From: Ptychomitrium polyphyllum | Taxonomy: Eukaryota | NCBI GenBank assembly: GCA_973851085.1 | Contig: OZ316775.1 | Coordinates: 22,754,001 to 22,818,000, forward strand | Length of the DNA stretch: 64,000 bases | Reading direction: 5' to 3' | In this document: piece by piece, positions 1 through 9,324 of the stretch | Numbering within the stretch: the stretch's first letter is position 1 | How the letters are laid out: every line of letters starts with the position of its first letter | Made by a program: the position numbers and the translations under genes | The notes under the pieces: generated by a model | The model's database searches: none | What the model saw: the letters and a program-made list of their open reading frames with translations, nothing else | Told to the model about the DNA's origin: nothing

Positions 1-2
1 CT

Positions 3-1415
3 CTTCGACGGATAAAGAGGTGTTCGGAATTCTCCTTGGTAATTCGAAACTGTGAGTGGAGCATGGACTTGGTTGAACTGGCTTTCCATGCACTACAGAG
101 GCTCCTCACTGAGGGTACATACACTGTAAGGGATGCTTCTTTCAAGTGGTCCGAGGAAAAAGAGAGGATGGTTTTGGAAATTCCGGGAAAACTTGAAAGG
201 GAAAATAATAGCCAGGATGGTGTTTTGTTGGAAGTCTGCAGAGACTTGGAAAGGAAAGACTTGGCTGCTTTAACACAAGAACTAGAGGTGCTGGTAGTAT
301 CTGAGAAGGCTCAGAAACGATTCTACCAAGGCTTGTCTAGCGCTCATAACGTTGCATATTACTTAAATGAGAAATTGAACGGCCCAACTCCCGGCATAGA
401 AAGTTATCTGCCATATACCTTTACCAAGATAGATCATTCAAGTTTAAAATACTTAGAGTATTTGGACAAGGGAAGTTCAGGCATGGTGGCCATAAATGAA
501 TGGAATGGAATTAAAGTGGCTGTGAAGAGCGTTAGGTGTCATGACATGAGCAGAACCAAGTTTGAGCAAGAGGCAGCCGTCCTTGGCATGGTTCAGCATC
601 CCAATGTAGTGCGCCTCATTGGCTGTGGATTTATTGAAAAAAGAAACACAGGGATGCTCGTGATGGAGCTGATGGAGCATGATCTTCGCACCATCATAGA
701 ATCCCGCCTCAAGGTCCTTCCCGAAGGGACGAGTCCCTTCTCACCAATTTTGGCCATTGACATCATGCTCCAGGTCGGTCAAGCCATGCGGTACCTTAAA
801 GAACATGACATCCTACACCGTGACCTCAAAGCCAAGAACATACTGGTCAATCTGATAGAGCCCTTGTCCCTTGACCTAGAGGCAGACTCTGCCAACACTA
901 ACTTGATGACGCTTCCAGTCTCGGCGGTGCTGCCGCACACACAAGAGAATTATGTGGCCAAGCTGGCAGACTTTGGACTGGCCAGGTGCATGTCTCAATC
1001 TTCATATGCCCCAACCTCTATGGTTGGCACTACCGGATGGAGAGCTCCCGAAGTGTACAAGATGCGTGACCCCGAGGTAAACCCATCATACAAGTGGCCG
1101 GCAGATGTATATTCGTTTGCCATGATGTGCTATGAGATCTTGACAGGCAGGATGCCGTTTGAAGATGAGCCCAACCACGGCTTGGACTTGCACTCCAAGA
1201 TCGTGGAGGGAGTGAGACCATCATTGGACAATCTCAATCCCAAAGTTCCTGAAGCCTTGAAGGAACTCATTCAACAATGCTGGGCCACTGAACCTCTCAA
1301 ACGACCCGGTTTTGATCAGATTGTGAAGAGATTGTGGGAGTGCAAGTTGCAAACTTTAATGCCCGGGTTTGAACAAATTATGCTCACTCCTAACCGCGTA
1401 CTAAGGTTGGGCTAG
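3..1415 (+). CDS. Intronless TKL/Raf-like Ser/Thr(/Tyr) protein kinase with N-terminal helical region; 5'-truncated by the window edge
   Basis: The frame is open from position 3 to TAG at 1413-1415. Kinase motifs: LDKGSSGMV (Gly loop), VAVK, FEQE (alphaC), HPNVV, HRDLKAKNIL, KLADFG, GTTGWRAPE, ADVYSFAM, CWATEPLKRPGF. The HRDLKxxN and GTxxWxAPE motifs are TKL-type. Confidence 0.93.
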   Translation, partial: LRRIKRCSEFSLVIRNCEWSMDLVELAFHALQRLLTEGTYTVRDASFKWSEEKERMVLEIPGKLERENNSQDGVLLEVCRDLERKDLAALTQELEVLVVSEKAQKRFYQGLSSAHNVAYYLNEKLNGPTPGIESYLPYTFTKIDHSSLKYLEYLDKGSSGMVAINEWNGIKVAVKSVRCHDMSRTKFEQEAAVLGMVQHPNVVRLIGCGFIEKRNTGMLVMELMEHDLRTIIESRLKVLPEGTSPFSPILAIDIMLQVGQAMRYLKEHDILHRDLKAKNILVNLIEPLSLDLEADSANTNLMTLPVSAVLPHTQENYVAKLADFGLARCMSQSSYAPTSMVGTTGWRAPEVYKMRDPEVNPSYKWPADVYSFAMMCYEILTGRMPFEDEPNHGLDLHSKIVEGVRPSLDNLNPKVPEALKELIQQCWATEPLKRPGFDQIVKRLWECKLQTLMPGFEQIMLTPNRVLRLG

Positions 1416-2630
1416 TAATCAGGACATTGGCCTACATGTATACACTACCAAAAATAAGGATTGATTAAGATTCTTTTAAATATTATGGTATCTTAAAAAG
1501 AGTGTCTTAACTAACCCTCATTCTAGCTAGTAAGAGTTATTATCCAAGCTCAATTTGTAAATACTTCATTTCAAGTTTTAGTAATGATAAGTCTTGTTCC
1601 ATTTGATTTGATTTATTACATAGGCTCCATATTGATAGAACTCGATTTGAGTTATCTTAAAAAAAATCAGTAAGTGGTGAGAATCATACTTAATTTGCAT
1701 TTTGTCAGAACTTCCATATTGAAATAATTTCAGCAATATAATTGATAAAAATTTCAAGTTCTTCAAAAAAGCTTAATACCTTGTCTTGTCGTTGATTAAA
1801 AAAACAATTTGAAGATGGATGCGAAAATGAGATGACTGCCTATATTATAACAATAACTTTCTTCTTTCTTTTTCTTCTCCCATCTCCCATCGAGAAGGTG
1901 TAAACTAGCCCCAAAACAATTTCCTCAAACAATGGGTACATGAGAATTTGATACAGCATAGTTGGTGATCCTGTGAATAGTGATCGACAATAGCCGGTGA
2001 GTAGTGGCCCGCAATAGCGCACACTGGTGTCCGCTAATACCCATGGTTACCATGGTTATCATAGTAGAAACAGAGATATATCATACAGGGTGAAAACCAG
2101 TATGTGTCCAAAATAACACATAATAATCTACAGAGGGTATATGGTGGTTGCATTGCAATTCAAGGTCAGGAATGCGTGCACTACCCAAAGCAGAGTGTGC
2201 ATAGGTGGGACATGAAGGCCTCCTTACTGAACGTCAGTCACAAGCAAATCCCTGTTCAAATTAGAGAAGTTCAGGATTCCTTCGACTGTGCAACCTCATG
2301 GTAACACCAGTTAAACACCAAATGCTGCTCGGAACCAAAACAAGCGAATCACTTCGTCCTGACGACACAATATGCATCTACGAAAGCACTGCTTAATGCA
2401 CAAGAGCAAAAAGAGAATTAGATCATGAACAATGCAACCACTTGGTATGGCAGCATCAACACCAAAACAAAGAAATCAATATACAAGAGTAAGCGCATTC
2501 TTACAAAGCACAATATGTTTAGTAGCTGATATAACTAGAGGCATATTCGTTTACATACGAGATATCATTAACACTCTTCTATAGCAAAAAGGAGAACCAA
2601 GGGTTACACTTTTAAGAGAATACGTGGAAA

Positions 2631-5600
2631 TTAACCCAGTTTTATCTTTCTTGCCAGTGGAGAGCTTCCACGACCAGCTAACCTGGAGCCAATCTTGTGG
2701 AAGAGCAAGACAAATGCAAATGCTATAAAAGAGACTGTTATTGAGCCCTCCGGTTGTCTCAAGGGCCTTTGAAAAGGATGAGGAAAATCCTGCATAAAAC
2801 AGCATATGCCGATTCAAACACACCCAGATAGATTAGAATATATCAGAACAAAAAGAAGTCTATAAATGAAAGTACTGAAATTAACGAAAATTTTTGGTAG
2901 AGAGAAAATCTGCATTTCAAATTGCACTCTACAATTTGTGAGTGAAAGCAATTACCCTATAGAAACTTCTAGGATTCCAGCGGGATTTATTCTAAGAGCT
3001 ATAACTGCGAGAAAGGTCCTTCCAAGGATAATGGCACACCTCGTTTCGGATTTCGCATAAATGCACCCAGAATATATAGAAGGCCATAAACAAGGAAGTG
3101 ATATAAAGAGACGACCTCCTGCGCCCACCACCCCACCTAATTCAGCATTAGAAACCGAGTATGATGAGCATAAACACCACTCCTAAATGTATATTGCACA
3201 ACCGACACATCTAATCAATCACAGCCCAACAATAGAATTCCCTGTGAATTCACAAAGAGCTCGTGACAGTAACTGAAGTATGCCAAACTAGGTCCTGGTT
3301 AAGATGACTGTCCTATTCAAGACAAAGATGCATTTAAAACCTTCGTAATGTCAACTGCTAGGTATCAAACTATCACCTATTTTTCTTGTAAACCACAGCT
3401 AAGAACAGACTGGCAAGCATTAGTGCTCACTGGCTTCGTCAGCAAAAATTGGTTTAATTAAAATCACCAATCCAAGGTACCTCGTTGACACATATCACGA
3501 AATGCAACAGGAGAACACAGTGTTGTGGGTAGCAATTAACAAACTTGTTTGAAGGATAAACATTTGCAGAAAAACGTTAAACAACGAGATATAGTCAGAT
3601 ACCTGAAAGTACGCTCTGCTATAATTAGGTCACTCCAAGCGACAAAAGCATTCCCAATATTGAGTACAAACGATAACCACAAAGGAGCCCCTGATATCCT
3701 GCAATTCAGCAACAGATTCGTCAACTTGATCCGTTCAAGTGTCGTTTACCCTTAAAAACACTTTCTTATTATTGTTTTGATGATGCCAACAATACAAGCG
3801 AGAGAACTGACGGTATTCCACATCCAGTTCCATGAGCAGAATTTCTAGCCACTCTGGGAAATGAGCTAGAGAGGACCTAACTTGCCGCCTGAAAATGGAA
3901 AGCTTGCCACAAAAAACACAATACAGGTGACTGCAGATACATACAAACCCAGCTGCAGTGTCTTCCGCGCAGCCTTCTGCACGCCCATCTTGAGAGGATT
4001 TGATGTCCAAAAAATTGTTGTCCAATACACTAGAGTGGAAGCATTAGAAATCTCGAAGCTTGCACAGGCCATATCATTTGCAGTTCGCTTCAACATTTTC
4101 CCCTATCGTCAAATGCCAGGATCCATAATCATCAATACAAAGTAGAACGACTATTCTCGTTCTTCACAAAACAAATTTCCATGGTGAAAGCGGAATGTTA
4201 ATGCTGCTAACCATGATTTCCCTTGCAAAAAGCCAACTTCAAGGCTGAACTCTTTGTCCAATCACAGCACAAAGACAGGGCGGCCTATACAAATACTAAT
4301 GATAATGACCACAATAATCTATTATTCAATACAAGCTGGTGTCTTTCTAGAGTTTGTAGCCATTGGTGAGTCCGTATTTCATGCTGATGGTGTTCTGCAT
4401 ACCTCGGGAAAGAGATGAATAAGAAGAGAGGTCGTTAAAGCCAACATCTGGAATGAAAAACCGCAGAAAGTTAAGAACTGCACAGACAAAGTGAATAAAA
4501 GCGCCCTGCTTAGTATCAAGAGTTATGAGTATCAGAATCACAACCATCACCTCGAAATGTAGAAAGTACACATGTGAGTTACACGAGATTGCATTAAATC
4601 CGGACGACAAAGAAATAAAGAGCATGCACTGGTTAACGCAATCAGTCCAGCTTCCTGGCATACAGAAGCAAGTTCCTGAAAACAACAAATGTTCTAGGTT
4701 GATTGCAGAAATTTGCGAAGAAACTGATGTTTTGATCCAAATGAAAGAGAAATGCACACCTTGAAGAACCAACCGAATTCCCATGCTTGAGGCATCGTCG
4801 AAGCATGTTTGCTGAAGTGCCAGCAAAGGATATAGAAATACCTGCTTGTTCAGAGGCATTTTCTGGTCAGTGGTGTTTTCTCAAAAACATGATCAAAAGA
4901 CTGGTGACTGCACAGAATATATGTTACCAATGCTCCTTACTTTAAAAACCAACGTACCCCTTCTTTCCCTATGTCTTAGAGGATACTCCTCAAGCCGTTA
5001 CAAGAAGCCTATATTTGAGGACAAAGGAGACCCCTAATATGACGATGCTTCGTTGACACAAAGTGTTGACATATCGTAGCACGAGTGCCTTTACTGATAA
5101 TACAGACCACAACCCTGATTCTACAACGTAGGCCGCTGCGAATGTGTACTTATATTTAAACGAAAGCCTCTAACGATGTATAGCAGAATAAAGCTTGTGA
5201 TGCATGCAGCAGCACAATTTGTTCTGATCTTAAATTTCATTGTATGATTATGGCTTTGCTTCATATGGAAGGCGGCATGCTTAATTCAGAGCCACAGGCT
5301 ATTTAGTATCCAAGCTAATGTGAAGTAATGACAAACTGCTTCAAAAAAATGAATTTAAGCATGAGACAAGGAACGCGCAACATAATCGAATCAACAATCG
5401 ACCAATCGATCCATCAACTTGGTTCAGAACCGTAACTGCACAGCCTCCCTAACTGCAGTCCCGATGAGATGAGAAATAAGTATGCAAGACTAAAGCGATC
5501 AATCCCGCCCTTCGCCATAACGCAGTGTCATCCTGCGAGCAAACCGCCGTGGATCTGGAACCCGACTATGGAACTGCAAAGCCCCGAAGAGGAGAGAGAG

Positions 5601-5732
5601 AAAGGAGCTAGAGCGAGAGAAGAGCGGCGGGTGCGCTTACAGCAAAGAGGAGACGAGGTGGAAGACGAAGCAGGCGTTGGAAGCGTGGGCGACGGTGCCG
5701 TATCGGGCGCCGCTAGTGGTCGACATCGCCAT
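2631..5732 (-). CDS. FAR-17a/AIG1 (ADTRP-like) multi-pass membrane protein, 7 coding exons, ~246 aa
   Basis: Hand-spliced exons 5732-5641, 4841-4760, 4477-4403, 4102-3945, 3698-3603, 3118-3040, 2789-2631. All introns are GT-AG with matching phases and give one ORF: MAMSTTSG...WEFGWFFKFLTFCGFSFQ...VYWTTIF...GAPLWLSFVLNIGNAFVAWSDLIIAERTF...FYIFWVHL...DFPHPFQ...RKIKLG*. The GWFFKFLTF, PLWL...N...W.D and Y..W...FP(H/Y)PF pattern matches the FAR-17a/AIG1 family as I recall it. Confidence 0.8.
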
Positions 5733-5796
5733 GGCCACACCGGAACCCGCACTGCGCTGCGATGTTGTGCTCTCCCCCTGTCCGCCAACGCAAAGC

Positions 5797-5839
5797 TTCT
5801 TCTTCTTCGTCTTCTTCGTCTTCGTCTTCGTCTTCGTCT

Positions 5840-5871
<32 letters not shown>
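5797..5871. repeat. Compound trinucleotide/hexanucleotide SSR (TTC)n-(TCTTCG)n-(GTC)n upstream of the AIG1-like start codon
   Basis: Directly visible: ttcttcttcttcgtcttcttcgtcttcgtc...gtcgtcgtcgtc. Confidence 0.95.
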
Positions 5872-6630
5872 CTCTGCTGCTCCGCTGCCTCTCTCGCGCG
5901 CCCCCTCCTCCCTCCATGGCCCTCCCTTTTGTGGAAGGTGTCTAAAATTAGACTTGTTTATACTAAACACATGCTAAAATACATTACTTTTCTAGTATCT
6001 TCATTTTACAATTATACTTATTTATCTTTACTTATTTAATCCTACATCCTTTTTTCATAACTTTCTTATTGTCACGCTAATGTTGATATTATTTTTCTTC
6101 TCCAATTATTGATGAGTGATTTCCAACATTTTTGTTTTGTCATATGCATCATACAAATCAATTCTGTTTTTCTTAAAACCTTTTGCAATTTACTAAAAAT
6201 ATATTTCAAATTCAAAATAGTTTTTGAAACTAAAACACCATTTTATTCAATCAAAATGTAAAGAATTGTTTGTAAAAACAATAAGAATTATAAACCAGTT
6301 GCTTTGATCTTACAATCCAAAAAATAAAATAAGCTGCAATAAGCTCACATTTTTTTCAATGAAATATTCTATTTACTTTAGAACATCAAATTAAATAATT
6401 GTTTATTTACACTGTTCAATTGTACAAACATCAAGAAACAGATTATATTCAATATTTGTTGAAAAATCAACAAAAAAGTTGATATAAAAATAAAAGATGT
6501 AATAATAAAGTTATAATGCAGAAAAGTGGAAGATGTTTCAATATTGCATTACTACTACAATTAAAATTACTGCATGGAAGATTAATAAAAATATTTAAAG
6601 AAAGACTATTAACATTTATAAATAAATAAA

Positions 6631-6632
<2 letters not shown>

Positions 6633-6671
<39 letters not shown>
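6633..6671. repeat. (AT)n microsatellite inside an AT-rich intergenic block (~5940-7700)
   Basis: About 19 perfect TA units. Confidence 0.97.
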
Positions 6672-6674
<3 letters not shown>

Positions 6675-8686
6675 TAAAGATCTTTTTCACAAAAAAAAAT
6701 ATAAAATCTTGTATTAAGAATCAAATCTCTAGATTTTTTTTTTTAATTAATTAATTTAGATTTTGGCTAAAAATAAGAATGTTATAAATGTCATTTAGTA
6801 CTATTATTTTTATCCTTTCTATTCTTTGCCAAAAGAATTGAATTTTGATTATTACCTTTTTTTAAATAATTTTGAAATAAATTTATAAAATTGCATTATA
6901 AAAGTATTAGGTATTTTATATGCAATTTCAAAACATACATCTAGAAGTTGAAAGAAAAAACCATATTATGGCTAGTCCATTCATTTAATTTGAATAACAA
7001 TATAGATTACATTTCATTAGAATGTTTTGATTGCTTTCTAGCCACTTCTTATTGGAAAGCTCCTTATGCTAAACATTTGTTTTTTCTAAAGTAATAAAAA
7101 AATTATCAATAATTTCATTTACTTTGAACCTCTTATTATTCAAATTTTCTTTTCTTTCAAATTTCACAAAATTAAATTGGTTTTATTTAAACTTAACCAC
7201 TTTATGCCATATATGTTTGTATATATACTTGTATGTATATATCATCACTCATTCATGATTTGCAATTAATGAATTTAAAGACTTTTTGTTATAGAACTGT
7301 GACTTGAAATAGGTTTATATTATTAGCTTTTAAATAAAAGTAATCTACAAAAAAGTAATTATTTGTAAAGAAATTACAAAGAAATTAAAAAGCAATATTG
7401 TGATTTCTTTACTTTGTAAGGATGATGCATATTTGGAAGCATCAAAATTAATCTTTAGATTTGAATAATATAAATAAATGTATTTTCAAATACATGATTT
7501 TCAAAAAAATATATCAAATATACTTGAATATTTTTGACATGTTTTAAAAGTGTCTTTTCTAATTGCTATTATCTTTGCAATATATCTAATAAGTAATCAA
7601 AATAGTTTGTCATAATGTACTAAAACAAGTGGTAAATATATAATATGTAGAAGGTAATCATAATAATTAGATTTACAATTAATCAATTGTACACAACTGA
7701 TCGTCCGACCTGGACAAATTAGGGCTCCAATCCGCACATGTACACAGCACAAGGTGCCATTGAAGATTAGCCGGTGTCATGTGGTGTGAACATTTTCCGC
7801 AATGAATGGTCAAATGAGCATCATGAATTTGCCCAGAGCTGTACTCGGTGCGGCGGGCATTTTAAATAGGAAAAGGTGATGAGGCCCCGAGGAAAGTAAC
7901 CAGAGAGAGGGAGCTTGGCCCCGCTTGGATACGACAAGGGACGACGCACGCAGTACCGTTCTACGCCAACCCTGGAGTGGAGGAAACAGCGAAAAGTTAC
8001 GCGGGAGAGTTAAAGGCCAGGGCCGCTCTCTGACGGGGGATGCATACCCTACAACCGACATCTTCCACCAGTGTACGCTATGTTTTCATGGACTGTACAG
8101 CGGGCATGGGCATGACGGAATTTCGCCGCGCTGGAATGTGGTTTCCCCAAGGTAACGGGTTTGGATATGGATCCCCGGAGGGCGGAAGGTGCATCCGTGC
8201 GCGGCTTTGAAGGGCGGGCACCTCTATGCGGCTGGTGCGGGCGCGGCCCGATGCGCGGGGGCATTGGGCATGGGCATTGACTGCATCCGGGCCACACTGC
8301 ATCATCCACACTGCGGCCTGCGGCCTGTGGACTGCGGAGGTGTAGTTTAACTTCGAAGTTGAGCAGGCGTTGGCTGCGGTGGCGTGGGTGCGGTGTGATC
8401 CCAATCCTGCACGCTTGCAGTACTATTTAAAGCGCAGGGCGGCCCCACTAAGTTGCTGGTGCCTGCGGCTGCGATGACATGACGTACTGTGGCAATTGCG
8501 CTCCCTACTACACTATGTCACACACAATGGCATTGGGCGGCGACACATAGCACGTTCCCTGTGAAGTCCTGCACTTGGACCACACAGGGCATTCAGGGCG
8601 CGGGGCGCATTTACTGTACATTGTGCTGGGGATGGTGCTTTGACGGAGCACTTTCCGCTGATGAGAAAGGCTTAGATCGGGAGAGC

Positions 8687-8759
8687 CAGACAAACAGGCA
8701 GACAGACAGACAGACAGACAGAGACAGACAGAGACAGACAGACAGACAGAGACAGACAG
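8687..8759. repeat. (CAGA)n/(GA)n-type SSR in the KCBP upstream/5' leader region
   Basis: cagacaaacaggcagacagacagacagacagacagagacagac...; it follows a TATA-like TATTTAAA near 8423. Confidence 0.9.
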
Positions 8760-9324
8760 TGAGAGAGCACTCTGGTGATTTGAGTTGTGGTTTTGGATCC
8801 AGGGGTTGTGGTGTGGATCCGGGGTTCGGAGGCTTTAGGGAGGGAGGGAGGAAGGGAGAGGCGGATCATTTGGTCGCCGTGATGGTTTTCGACGTTGTGA
8901 GGTATCGGTTGGCAGGGCAGAGTGTGAGCAAGGGATTCCTGCGGTTGTTTTGATTTGATTCCGGTGGTGGTGTAGTGAGCGCAGGCAGCTCTGAATGACC
9001 TGGCCTTTTCGGCTTCGCAGATGTAGCGCATTTTGCGTTCATAGGGGGGAGCGTTTATGGCTCAGGGATGCCTAGTTTTACGCCGTCGCGGGTTACGATT
9101 GTGGCCGGTTCTAGCATTGACCCTTTAGTGATTGCAGTTGTGTGTGAGTGTTAGGGCTTCTTTGATAGAGTTTCAGTGGTTCTCAACGGAGTAAGCCTAC
9201 TCAAGATTATTACGCGGATGCTGTTTGCTGGTTATATGACGTTCGAGGGCAGACCTATTAGGACGGAGAAGCAAGGTGCCGTGGTGGTGGAGTAGGAATT
9301 AGGGTGGTAGTGGCGGAGGATCAA

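Noticed and set aside
3752..3888. Extra in-frame exon (RQVRSSLAHFPEWLEILL...) in the AIG1-like gene
   Set aside because: It needs flanking introns of only ~56 and ~53 nt and breaks phase with exon 5. Direct splicing of exon 4 to exon 5 gives a coherent protein.
5469..6039. Poly-Arg/Leu, poly-Val, poly-Ser and poly-Asp/Glu ORFs as genes
   Set aside because: They are artefacts of the trinucleotide SSR. Only the ATG-5917 frame is kept, as a speculative uORF.
7872..7900. GTGATGAG...GAAA resembling a hammerhead ribozyme core or snoRNA C box
   Set aside because: It lacks the CUGA core and a proper stem II, and I found no convincing D box or terminal stem.
7810..9031. Short GC-rich ORFs upstream of KCBP
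   Set aside because: No recognisable domains or exon structure; the composition fits promoter/5' leader.
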